Shown in pieces: positions 1 through 8,892 of a stretch of 23,649 nucleotides of DNA; within the stretch, counting starts at the first letter, position 1, and every line of letters begins with the position of its first letter. The stretch comes from Candidatus Hermodarchaeota archaeon. GTDB lineage: Archaea > Asgardarchaeota > Lokiarchaeia > Sigyniarchaeales > SOKP01. A program made the translations under genes and the position numbers. The stretch covers positions 1-23,649 of the forward strand of contig JBHLLP010000052.1 of the NCBI GenBank assembly GCA_048885525.1, in the 5' to 3' direction. A model generated the notes under the pieces. It was not told the DNA's origin, ran no database searches, and saw only the letters and a list, made by a program, of their open reading frames with translations.

Positions 1-2
1 TT

Positions 3-674
3 CAGGTCGTTGGAAAATCAACATTATTATTATCTCATCAGAATGAAGGGGATGAGATATTGGATGTTGTAGGTCCATTAGGAAATAGAATACATGGTGA
101 GAAATACGAGAATCCTATAGTTATAATTGGAGGTGGCGTTGGAATTGCACCTTGCTATCCACAAGCAAAAGAATTAAAACAAGTAGGTAATAGGGTTATT
201 TCCATACTAGGAGCTCGTACAAAAGATCTAATATTTTGGAGAGAGAGAATGGCTGATGTCAGTGAAAGAGTTATAATTTGTACTAATGATGGAACCGAGG
301 GAATTGAAGGATTTGTAACAAAACCACTAAGAGAAATAATTAAAAATGAGAAAATTAGCTTGGTTATCGCAATAGGACCTATGATAATGATGAAAAACGT
401 TGCAGAACTGACAAGTGGTATTGAAGGGTTACCAAAGGTAAAAACATATGTATCATTAAATACAATAATGGTAGATGGTACCGGAATGTGTGGAGGATGT
501 CGATTCCCTGCAAAAGATGGTGAAATACATTTTGCTTGTGTTGAGGGTCCTGATGTAGATGGTCATATTGTAGACTTTGATATTTTGTTAAATAGAGAAA
601 AAAGATTTGGTGAATTTGAAAAAGAATCTTATGACATCTACAAAAAAGAATGTAAGAATTTAAGAATCGGATAA
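3..674 (+). CDS. nfnA: Electron-bifurcating transhydrogenase small subunit (NfnA/SudB-like), 5'-truncated by the window edge
   Basis: The frame is open from base 3 (QVVGKSTLLL...DVVGPLG). It has GGGVGIAP, IGPMIMMK and the 2Fe-2S motif MVDGTGMCGGCR...CVEGP, and lies directly upstream of a GltD-like subunit. Confidence 0.9.
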   Translation, partial: QVVGKSTLLLSHQNEGDEILDVVGPLGNRIHGEKYENPIVIIGGGVGIAPCYPQAKELKQVGNRVISILGARTKDLIFWRERMADVSERVIICTNDGTEGIEGFVTKPLREIIKNEKISLVIAIGPMIMMKNVAELTSGIEGLPKVKTYVSLNTIMVDGTGMCGGCRFPAKDGEIHFACVEGPDVDGHIVDFDILLNREKRFGEFEKESYDIYKKECKNLRIG

Positions 675-690
675 AAGAGGGAAATATATT

Positions 691-2079
691 ATGAAGATTC
701 CAAGACAAAAAATGAGAGAACAAGATCCTTTTGAAAGAACTCATAATTTTTCTGAAGTTGCGTTAGGGTTCACTGAAGAAATGGCTAAAACGGAAGTAGA
801 AAGATGTCTCCAATGTGGTGATCCTAAATGTGTAGATGGATGTCCTGTTAATATTGATATCCCTGAATTTATCGGATTAATTAAAGAAGATAATTTACTA
901 GGAGCAATTCGTAGTATAAAAGACTATAATATATTGCCTGCAATATGTGGACGAGTTTGCCCTCAAGAAGTCCAATGTGAAAAAGCTTGCATCTTAAGTA
1001 AAAGATGGGAACCTGTAGCAATTGGAGCACTTGAGAGATATGTTGCAGACTGGGAACGAAAGAATCAATTAAAGGAGTGTCCAGATTGTGAAGCTTCAAA
1101 TAATATAAAAGTTGCGGTAATCGGATCAGGACCAGCTGGTCTCACTTGCGCTGCTGATCTTGCAAGATATGGCTTTGAAGTAACAATTTTCGAAGCATTT
1201 CATAAAGGGGGAGGTGTGTTAGTATATGGGATACCAGAATTTAGATTACCGAAAGAAATTGTTGAAGACGAAATTGAGACACTAAAAATGATAGGAGTTA
1301 ATGTGGAATATAATAGAATAATTGGAAAAACATTGACTCTAGATGATTTGAAAGAACTAGGTTTTAAAGCTTTTTTTATAGGTGTAGGGGCAGGATTACC
1401 TTCAATGAGAAAAATTCCGGGAATGAATCTAAATGGTGTCCTAACAGCGAACGAATTCTTAACACGAACAAATTTAATGAAAGCATATAAATTTCCGGAA
1501 TATGATACTCCCGTTAAAATAGGAAAAGTTATTACTGTCATTGGTGGCGGTAATACTGCTTTAGATTCTGCACGTGTTGCATTACGACTCGGAGCAGAGA
1601 AAGTTATAATTGTGTATAGACGTACTGAGGCTGAAATGCCTGCTAGAAGAGAGGAATATCATCATGCTGTAGAAGAAGGAATTGAATTTCAATTTTTATC
1701 AAATCCAGTAAGATTTTTAGGGGATAATAATGGAAATGTTGATAAGATAGAAGTTCTTAAAATGCAACTAGGAGAACCTGATGCTTCAGGAAGACCAAGA
1801 CCAATTCCTATTGAAAATTCTGAGTATTTAATTAATTGTGATACTCTTATTTTAGCAATTGGTACGAACGCAAATCCAATATTAACAAAATCAATTCCTG
1901 AATTAAAATTGACTAAATGGGGTTATATCGAAGCTGATGACGATGGGAAAACAAATATGGAAGGGATTTTTGCTGGTGGTGATATAGTAACAGGGTCAGC
2001 AACAGTTATTTCCGCCATGGGTGCAGGTCGTAAGGCAGCTAAAGCTATGAATGAATATTTAAGATCAAAATTTCTGTAA
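691..2079 (+). CDS. nfnB: NfnB/SudA-like (GltD-homologous) FAD, 2x[4Fe-4S] large subunit
   Basis: RCLQC...CVDGCP, ICGRVCPQEVQCE, VIGSGPAGL, VIGGGNTALD and FAGGDIVTG motifs. There is no gltB next to it, and it is paired with nfnA. A GAGGG SD-like sequence lies upstream. Confidence 0.9.
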   Translation: MKIPRQKMREQDPFERTHNFSEVALGFTEEMAKTEVERCLQCGDPKCVDGCPVNIDIPEFIGLIKEDNLLGAIRSIKDYNILPAICGRVCPQEVQCEKACILSKRWEPVAIGALERYVADWERKNQLKECPDCEASNNIKVAVIGSGPAGLTCAADLARYGFEVTIFEAFHKGGGVLVYGIPEFRLPKEIVEDEIETLKMIGVNVEYNRIIGKTLTLDDLKELGFKAFFIGVGAGLPSMRKIPGMNLNGVLTANEFLTRTNLMKAYKFPEYDTPVKIGKVITVIGGGNTALDSARVALRLGAEKVIIVYRRTEAEMPARREEYHHAVEEGIEFQFLSNPVRFLGDNNGNVDKIEVLKMQLGEPDASGRPRPIPIENSEYLINCDTLILAIGTNANPILTKSIPELKLTKWGYIEADDDGKTNMEGIFAGGDIVTGSATVISAMGAGRKAAKAMNEYLRSKFL

Positions 2080-2301
2080 AATATTAGAATCCTGTTCTTT
2101 TATATTAAACACACCCAATAAGTGGGAAAGATTTGGGATTCTCTTCAAAGTAAACTTTAATTTCTATTACTTTATTTAAATAATTATTATTCAATTTAAT
2201 TAAATAGAAATATAAAATTTCTTCAGAAAAATTATATTTACTATTGCTGAAATTGAAAAAAATTCAACTTAACAGAGAATTAAAACGAGTGAACTTTAAA
2301 A

Positions 2302-3552
2302 ATGAGTGAAATTTTAGATCCATTCAAAATTTCTCAAAAACAACTTTCTGATGCATGTGAACTAGCTGATTATGATGCTGATATTTATAATGCTTTAAGT
2401 GAACCAGAGAGATTTGTTGAAATTAAGATTACAATGAAGATGGATAATGGTAGGTTAAAAACTTTTAAAGGTTTTCGATCTCAATATAATTCCGCTAGAG
2501 GTCCTATGAAAGGAGGAATAAGATGGCATCCTGAGGAAAGTGCTTCTTTAGTAAAGGCTTTATCAGCTTGGATGACATGGAAAACAGCATGCGTAGATAT
2601 CCCCTTAGGTGGTGCGAAAGGAGGAATTATCTGTGATCCAAAAGGGATGAGTGATAGAGAACTTGAAACTCTCGCAAGGGGTTACATTAGACACCTTGCT
2701 GACTTTATCGGGCCAGCTATTGATGTACCTGCTCCAGATGTCTATACTAATCCTCAAATAATGGCATGGATGATGGATGAGTATGAGAATATAGTCCGAA
2801 GACATGCACCCTCAGTTATTACGGGAAAGCCTTTACCATTGGGAGGAAGTGCAGGACGTTCAATAGCGACAGCAAAAGGAGGAATCTTTACTATTAGAGA
2901 GGCAGCGAGTGATATTGGTTTAGATTTAAATGGAGCAACAGTGGTAATTCAAGGATATGGAAATGCTGGTTCTTGGGCGGCAAAACTACTTAAAGATGAT
3001 TTTAACTGTAAAGTAATAGCTGTCTCTGATTCTAAAGGCGGTATTTATAATAAAGATGGAATAGATCCTAATGCTGCTGGAGAATTTAAAGAAAAAACAC
3101 GATCAGTGGTTGGTTTAAAAAATACTAAAGAAATATCAAATGAAGAATTATTAGAATTAGAATGTGATGTGTTGGTTCCTGCAGCACTTGAAAATGTGAT
3201 TACAAGGAAAAATGCGGATAATATAGACACAAAAATAATTGCTGAACTTGCTAATGGTCCAACAACCCCAGATGCAGACAAAACTCTATTTGAAAAAGGT
3301 ATACTTTTAATTCCAGATTTTCTATGTAATGCTGGTGGGGTTACCGTTTCCTATTTTGAAATGGTGCAAGGATATTATCGATATTTCTGGACGGAGAGAG
3401 AAGTTTTTGAAGCATTAGATAGAGTTATGACAAGAGCTTATCGTTCAACAGTTGAACAATCTCAAAAATACAACACCCATAATCGCATGGGTGCGTATAT
3501 GATATCTCTTGAACGTGTTATTGAAGCTATGCGTTTGAGAGGTTGGTTATAA
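2302..3552 (+). CDS. gdhA: Glutamate dehydrogenase (Glu/Leu/Phe/Val dehydrogenase family)
   Basis: [39 protein letters not shown] and [11 protein letters not shown] motifs. Confidence 0.95.
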   Translation: MSEILDPFKISQKQLSDACELADYDADIYNALSEPERFVEIKITMKMDNGRLKTFKGFRSQYNSARGPMKGGIRWHPEESASLVKALSAWMTWKTACVDIPLGGAKGGIICDPKGMSDRELETLARGYIRHLADFIGPAIDVPAPDVYTNPQIMAWMMDEYENIVRRHAPSVITGKPLPLGGSAGRSIATAKGGIFTIREAASDIGLDLNGATVVIQGYGNAGSWAAKLLKDDFNCKVIAVSDSKGGIYNKDGIDPNAAGEFKEKTRSVVGLKNTKEISNEELLELECDVLVPAALENVITRKNADNIDTKIIAELANGPTTPDADKTLFEKGILLIPDFLCNAGGVTVSYFEMVQGYYRYFWTEREVFEALDRVMTRAYRSTVEQSQKYNTHNRMGAYMISLERVIEAMRLRGWL

Positions 3553-3595
3553 CAAAATAATATTTATATTTTTCTTTTTTCTAATCTCTATTATT

Positions 3596-4888
3596 CTATC
3601 CAAATATTGGAACTAAAATTAGCAAAAATATTATTGAAATCCCTAAATGTATTAAAGCAAAAGACCCTCCCATTTTCAACAAACGTTTATAGCTCATATT
3701 TTCTACTCCAGAATCTCTTGCTATTTTTAAAGTCATCATATCGCAAGCAGCACCTTGAGGAATAAAGTTACCTCCAAGATTAATACCAATGATAAAAGAA
3801 AAAAATAAGGGAACTGAACTAAAATCACTAATTAAAGTTTGTACTATTGGTATAAAAATTAAGGCAGTTGGTGTATTAGCGACTATCCCTGAGATGAGAC
3901 TAATAATTATAAGGAGAAAAAATGATATTAAAAAGGGATTAAAAGTTTCGAAAGGAATTGATGCAATTAACTCAGCAAAACCAGCTTCCAACATACACCC
4001 TATTACAACATACAAACTAATAAAGAAAAAAATAATTTCCCATTCAATATCCCTTAGAAGTTCACTCATAGATTTTTTTGTATAACTTTTATTTACTAAC
4101 ACTAGAACTAAGGCGGAAAATACTGCTGTTAGGTACAGTAATGGTAGGGAAACAAATAAAATAATTGTTATAATTATTGCAATACTATTAAAGTAAAACA
4201 TTTTTTTATTTTTCACCATAATGTCTGTATCTACTAAATCTATTACAAATTTTTTTTGAAGATCTTCAATTTTTGGTTCTTTCCTTAAAAAAAATCTGTC
4301 TATTAAAAATATGGTTATAAATAATAAAAAAAAAGAAAAGATCCAATAATACTGGATGAAATATAATGTATCAAGATGAAATGCGGTTGAAATTATAATA
4401 TTTTCTCCGCTTGAGAATGGAGTAATTATAGAACCAATATTGATACATATAGTCATTCCTAAAAGATAGGTTCCCGCCCTAATTTTTAGAAAATGACAAA
4501 GTCTTATTACAATTGGCGCTAAGATTAAAACAACCACAACATCGCTAATTATAGCTGCTAAAAGAGTTGTAATTATGCAAAGGAGCCAAAAGAAAATTCT
4601 TTGTTCACCTCTTGATAGTTTAAAAAGCTTAACTGCTACAAATTCTAATATATTTGAATCTTGGGCTATTTTGGTAATAATACTCATGCTTAATATGATG
4701 ATAATTGCTTCCCATTCTATAGATAAAATGAAAGTATCTATTGTTGTCCCTACAACCAGAAATGTTATTGATGCAGCAATAAAGCAGCAGATCAAAGAAA
4801 TAGCGACGAAATCAAGATTAGATTTTGTATAACTAATAATAATAGAGAAAAACAAAATGAAAATTATAATGAGTAATAGGGGTTCCAT
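3596..4888 (-). CDS. ArsB/NhaD/SLC13 (IT superfamily) membrane transporter
   Basis: About 11-12 hydrophobic segments, with NIGSIITPFSSGENII and NLGGNFIPQGAACDM internal repeat motifs. Confidence 0.85.
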   Translation of the reverse strand: MEPLLLIIIFILFFSIIISYTKSNLDFVAISLICCFIAASITFLVVGTTIDTFILSIEWEAIIIILSMSIITKIAQDSNILEFVAVKLFKLSRGEQRIFFWLLCIITTLLAAIISDVVVVLILAPIVIRLCHFLKIRAGTYLLGMTICINIGSIITPFSSGENIIISTAFHLDTLYFIQYYWIFSFFLLFITIFLIDRFFLRKEPKIEDLQKKFVIDLVDTDIMVKNKKMFYFNSIAIIITIILFVSLPLLYLTAVFSALVLVLVNKSYTKKSMSELLRDIEWEIIFFFISLYVVIGCMLEAGFAELIASIPFETFNPFLISFFLLIIISLISGIVANTPTALIFIPIVQTLISDFSSVPLFFSFIIGINLGGNFIPQGAACDMMTLKIARDSGVENMSYKRLLKMGGSFALIHLGISIIFLLILVPIFG

Positions 4889-5061
4889 TATTTTTTGAAG
4901 TTAATTATTCGAAGTCAATTAATAAATTAAATAAATTTCTTTTAATAAATCTAATTAAAATAAGTCAGCTTTACTATAAAAGGAAAAACATTTAATTATT
5001 CAATGGAATTATTAAAATCTAATTTCAAAATATTGGAAATACTAAATAGATTGAAATTAAC

Positions 5062-5907
5062 TCATTTTATTAGAAAAAGTTGCAATAAAAATGTAAACAA
5101 ATTCAAATCATTCAGAAGACTAAAATTTGATAACAAATAATCAAAAATATTTTCTTTAATAAAATATTTTAAACTAGTGAAATATCCTTCTTCATTTTTA
5201 ACTATCTCTACAATTCGCCTAATTAGATTTAGAATTAGTTTTTCTACAACATACACATCACTATTCATTGGATTTATGTTAATGACATTAAACCCTATTG
5301 TTCTTTCAAAAGTTATCTTACTCAACTCAGGACTTTTCTTTACAACATCCAGATTCGAATACATGTTAAACATCTCTTCTATTTGGGTATAAATAACATG
5401 CTTTTTCTTATCATCCAAATGGCCTTCTATTACATTGATGACTAAATTTAATATTTGCTGAAAAATTCCAAGAATATCAAAGAATTCAGCTACGGTTGTA
5501 ATGCGTTCCGCTTGTTTCCACTGAGTATAATAATCATCAATTACTCCTTCGAAGGGTTGATAGATTTCAACATTTCCTGCCCATTTCCCTTTCCAACGAT
5601 TTTTATCTTTTGCATATTGTTGAATGAATGTATGGCGTATTACATCTAAACGAGATCTTAATATATCTCCAGATACATCTTTAGAATCTGCTGCAATAAA
5701 AAGAAGATTAGTGTCTTTATCACTAATATATACCCACCTTAAGCCTCCCATCTCAATAGAATCTATTCCTTGTTTGAATTCAACAATCGTAAATTGATTT
5801 AGAGCAGTTAATAGTCCCTATACTAGGTCCTCGTTTACAGGAAAATCCATATATGGTTTATAAAGCAATGTAATTCCTGAGTCTCCTTCCAAGATCCATA
5901 TATTCAT
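5062..5907 (-). pseudogene. Asgard-type longin-like domain protein (281 codons) interrupted by one in-frame TAG at codon 30 (5818-5820); pseudogene, readthrough or sequence error
   Basis: ATG at 5907 gives MNIWILEGDSGITLLYKPYMDFPVNEDLV*GLLTALNQFTIVEFKQGIDSIE, in frame with the listed ORF 5062-5751. SGxxL...DLVxGLLTAL..F...I.SIEMG is typical of longin-like N-termini. Confidence 0.7.
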
Positions 5908-5982
5908 TTTTTAATCCTATTTATTCAAATCACACTAATAAAAGTAAATCATTTATATTAATTAATAACTTTCATATCAATT

Positions 5983-6474
5983 TTATAATAAATCATCTAG
6001 AGAGTTGGTTTTTAACCATCGCTCTAAATTTCGTAACATCTCTGTGATTTTAGTTCGTAATGCAAGTTCTGCTGCTGCTCTTCCAATTAAACCAAGAAAA
6101 TCACTACTTAGCGTAAAACTGTTTATAAAAACACCTATTTTCGACCTATTAGAAGAAAGTGCCTTTACTCGTATACGACCTTCTAATTCTCTAACATCTT
6201 TATTATTTCGAACATTCAATTCAATTAACCGTCCTTTTCCCTCCTCTTGATCACCCTTATCTTGTAAAACCAATTCACCTTCCATTTCAATTTTAATATT
6301 AATAATTTCATCTGTTATTTTAGTATACAATACGTTTGGGGCGATAAATTCTGCGTGCATTTTTTTAGCAGGGTTAACAGTTAGCCAAAATTCTGGTGTA
6401 TAAAGTGCTTTTAAAAAAATATCTTTATTACAATTCTCAAATTCTACTACCTTTGAAATTAAATTAGCCGACAC
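5983..6474 (-). CDS. Hypothetical protein, possibly START/SRPBCC-like fold
   Basis: 163-aa ORF with a GTG start. Beta-strand-rich core and a C-terminal amphipathic helix (ITEMLRNLERWL). The fold is a guess. Confidence 0.6.
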   Translation of the reverse strand: MSANLISKVVEFENCNKDIFLKALYTPEFWLTVNPAKKMHAEFIAPNVLYTKITDEIINIKIEMEGELVLQDKGDQEEGKGRLIELNVRNNKDVRELEGRIRVKALSSNRSKIGVFINSFTLSSDFLGLIGRAAAELALRTKITEMLRNLERWLKTNSLDDLL

Positions 6475-6567
6475 AGATAATCTACTAAATTTTAATTTTC
6501 TTAAATAAGTGAAATAAAGAAAGCTTATTATCTTTTTGAGTTTTTATTAATTATCTGACATAAAGAA

Positions 6568-6771
6568 TTAAGTTAATCTGAATAATTTACTGCCTTCAAT
6601 ATCATTCTCTTCTTTACATTGAGGGCAAATCCAAATTTTATCATTTTTCTTAACAGAATTAATACATTCATGGCAGATAGCGATATCGCATATGCAATAA
6701 TGTGTGTTTTCCATATCATTTACACAACTATTGCCACAGCTAAAACAAATAGGTGGAGTTCTTTCCGACAT
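6568..6771 (-). CDS. Small RING/FYVE/PHD-like zinc-finger protein
   Basis: 67 aa with CFSC, CIC, CHEC and WICPQC motifs (9 Cys). Confidence 0.75.
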   Translation of the reverse strand: MSERTPPICFSCGNSCVNDMENTHYCICDIAICHECINSVKKNDKIWICPQCKEENDIEGSKLFRLT

Positions 6772-6866
6772 TTTTAAGCAATATTGGTTTTTAATTATTC
6801 TTTATTATACTTTTAATTTTAAGTATTATATTATTTTAATTATTAAATATTAGTTTTTTATTAATC

Positions 6867-7061
6867 ATGGATAAGACAAGATCAACCATTCAATTATTAG
6901 CTTTAATTAGTATTTATTTTATTTATAAAGCAATAATGGGAATATTTACTAATAATAGCATTGAAGTTATGTTATGGTCTATAATTACGCTTGTTTATAT
7001 AATTTCACTTATTATTCTATATTTTGTTATAAAGAAATGGGAATCAGAGAAGACTATATAA
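6867..7061 (+). CDS. Small two-TM membrane protein
   Basis: 64 aa with two hydrophobic helices and a charged C-terminal tail. Confidence 0.6.
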   Translation: MDKTRSTIQLLALISIYFIYKAIMGIFTNNSIEVMLWSIITLVYIISLIILYFVIKKWESEKTI

Positions 7062-7064
7062 AGA

Positions 7065-7343
7065 TCATTTCTTTTTTTTAAAAAAGTCTGGAATCATTCC
7101 ATCAATACCAAGACTCTTTAGAAAAGTATCTCGAATGTTCATTTGAATTGTTAAATCTGACATTGCCTTCATAGTATCTTCTAACGCTTTTGAAAATTTA
7201 TCACTGGCATCCTTGATTGCTTGAGAAGTTTTTTGTAAGGATTCTCTTATAGTGAGATTTGTTTCGTGTAATTCTTCTGTCAATCTTTCCATGCTACTTC
7301 TCATTTCAGAAAGTTCTTCTTTTAACTCTTTTATTCCCGCCAT
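7065..7343 (-). CDS. Small coiled-coil protein
   Basis: Heptad pattern (LKEELSEMRSSMERLTEELHETN) and a basic C-terminus FFKKKK. Confidence 0.7.
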   Translation of the reverse strand: MAGIKELKEELSEMRSSMERLTEELHETNLTIRESLQKTSQAIKDASDKFSKALEDTMKAMSDLTIQMNIRDTFLKSLGIDGMIPDFFKKKK

Positions 7344-7452
7344 TTTTACCCACTATTCTCGTTTATTAAGCTAAATAAAAATTTAACATTTATTAAAATA
7401 ATGAAAACTCGCTTTTTCTAAAATTAAAAAGGAAAAAAAACATAATTGATTC

Positions 7453-8124
7453 TTATAGAAGATTTGCAAAGATACTAAAACCACCAATCCATAAACAGAA
7501 ACCTTGGACAAAGCAAAAGATCATTATAATAAAGGCAATAGGGGGCCAAGATAGAAATTTTGATACTTTCTGAAGTGTTCCAATATAAAATTTAGCGGTA
7601 AGACCCACTAAAATCGTTACAATGATAAATATTATTACAATAGCCCATTTTACTACCTTTGTTCCTATTAAATTCGTAACAGAATCCGGAATTATTAATG
7701 CAATAATAAATGCTGTGGCAGTTCCTGCTAAAAGTCCTAAAATGCTAGAAAGGGGTAAATCTGAAATTGGCTTGAAGAACATGGCTATACCAATAATTAT
7801 TAAGAAAATAGATGTAAAATGGTTTGCTTCATCTGCCGTAACTGCTTCATATTTAAAACTTGGAGGTATATCCAATATCAAACTGACTACACCACTCCAA
7901 ATAACGAAAATCCCTAGAATTAATCCTACATATGATAATCCTCTAAGAAATTTTGTAACATTAAATTGCTCCTCCACTTTTTTTTTGGTGAATGAGCCTC
8001 TTCGCTTCCTTTCAAATCCTAACCAAGTTATTGCCATTGCTCCACTTAAAACCATCATTATTGCTGCTGATTCAGCAACCCAATCAAAAAAACCTCGGAT
8101 TACATCCCAATAGTCAAATAGCAA
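7453..8124 (-). CDS. Hypothetical multi-pass membrane protein
   Basis: 223 aa, about 6 TM segments, TTG start; probably co-transcribed with 7065-7343. Confidence 0.75.
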   Translation of the reverse strand: MLFDYWDVIRGFFDWVAESAAIMMVLSGAMAITWLGFERKRRGSFTKKKVEEQFNVTKFLRGLSYVGLILGIFVIWSGVVSLILDIPPSFKYEAVTADEANHFTSIFLIIIGIAMFFKPISDLPLSSILGLLAGTATAFIIALIIPDSVTNLIGTKVVKWAIVIIFIIVTILVGLTAKFYIGTLQKVSKFLSWPPIAFIIMIFCFVQGFCLWIGGFSIFANLL

Positions 8125-8241
8125 TTAAATCACTTTTATGAAAGATTTAAATTAATTAAAAGTTGGATTTTGATATTAAAAATTTAATGAAAATTTGGTT
8201 TAAAAAAATAATAAAAATGTATTAATTTCCTTAATTGCTTC

Positions 8242-8249
8242 TTTATATA
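8242..8249 (+). promoter_or_regulatory. Putative TATA box for small ORF 1 (probably a leaderless mRNA)
   Basis: TTTATATA ends about 27 nt upstream of ATG 8276, the usual archaeal TATA-to-start spacing. The AT-rich background lowers confidence. Confidence 0.4.
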
Positions 8250-8275
8250 AAAAACTCTTAATTGTAACCAAACTA

Positions 8276-8428
8276 ATGTCAGAATGGAAAAATAAATTAG
8301 ATAATGATATTAATGAATCCTATTACAATGAGATTCGCTGTACTGGATGAGGTATTATTGACGGTTTTATCACATTTATAAAAAATATAAAAAAACGACG
8401 TCAAAAAAAAAAAGTAAACAAAAATTAA
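8276..8428 (+). CDS. Candidate 50-aa selenopeptide 1 (in-frame TGA at 8348-8350, CxxU)
   Basis: MSEWKNKLDNDINESYYNEIRCTG-(TGA)-GIIDGFITFIKNIKKRRQKKKVNKN-TAA, followed directly by structured element 1. Confidence 0.55.
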
Positions 8429-8435
8429 ATTAAAA

Positions 8436-8502
8436 AATCTCAAGGAATAGATTATAAAATGTTAGGATCTAATCCTGTGAATTCCGTGTAGAATTCGAGA
8501 TT
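8436..8502 (+). ncRNA. Structured 3'-UTR element copy 1 (SECIS-like candidate)
   Basis: Outer stem AATCTC/GAGATT; hairpin AGGA-A-TAGATT [ATAAAATGTTAG] GATCTA-A-TCCT; second hairpin GAATTC[CGTGTA]GAATTC. Confidence 0.6.
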
Positions 8503-8662
8503 AAAATAAACAATTTTAATCGATTTTATTGTTAATTAAAATTAACATCAATTTTTTTATAAAAAATGCTTCCATATAATTGAGTTTTTATTTTTTATAA
8601 ACACTATTCTTTTATTATTTATTTCTCTTTGATGAATCAGTAAAATTAAAGGTTTTTAAACA

Positions 8663-8800
8663 ATGGAAGATCAAGAAGATCATTTGAACCTTGAGTTAGA
8701 TGATGATTGTTATAGTACCAGTTGAAATATGTTAACGATGTGGTACAGAAGAGCACAAAAAATCCAAAAAATGCGAGAAAAACAAAAACAAGAAAAATAA
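8663..8800 (+). CDS. Candidate 45-aa selenopeptide 2 (in-frame TGA at 8723-8725, CxxxxU)
   Basis: MEDQEDHLNLELDDDCYSTS-(TGA)-NMLTMWYRRAQKIQKMREKQKQEK-TAA, followed directly by structured element 2. Confidence 0.55.
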
Positions 8801-8807
8801 TCTAAGA

Positions 8808-8871
8808 ATCTCAAAGAATTAAATCGATAAATGCTAGGATTTAATTATAGGTTCTGCAAGAGCCTTGAGAT
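8808..8871 (+). ncRNA. Structured 3'-UTR element copy 2 (SECIS-like candidate)
   Basis: Outer stem ATCTCAA/TTGAGAT; perfect 9-bp hairpin AATTAAATC [GATAAATGCTAG] GATTTAATT; second hairpin GGTTCT[GCA]AGAGCC. Confidence 0.6.
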
Positions 8872-8892
8872 AAAAAATACAATTTTTAAATC

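Noticed and set aside
691-2079. Glutamate synthase small subunit (gltD) assignment
   Set aside because: There is no large subunit nearby, and the upstream partner is an NfnA/SudB-type subunit.
5800-5840. A second BHB intron explaining the TAG in the longin-like gene
   Set aside because: There is no extra sequence relative to the expected motif and no 4-bp helix with two 3-nt bulges.
8530-8547. Palindrome TGTTAATT-AA-AATTAACA between the two mini-ORF units (similar TGTTATAACA near 18925)
   Set aside because: It could be an operator, but such palindromes are expected by chance in very AT-rich intergenic DNA and no regulator is adjacent.
8436-8871. The duplicated RNA element as a hammerhead ribozyme, tRNA or CRISPR repeat
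   Set aside because: No CUGAUGA/GAAA core, no T-loop or cloverleaf, and only two diverged copies about 370 bp apart.
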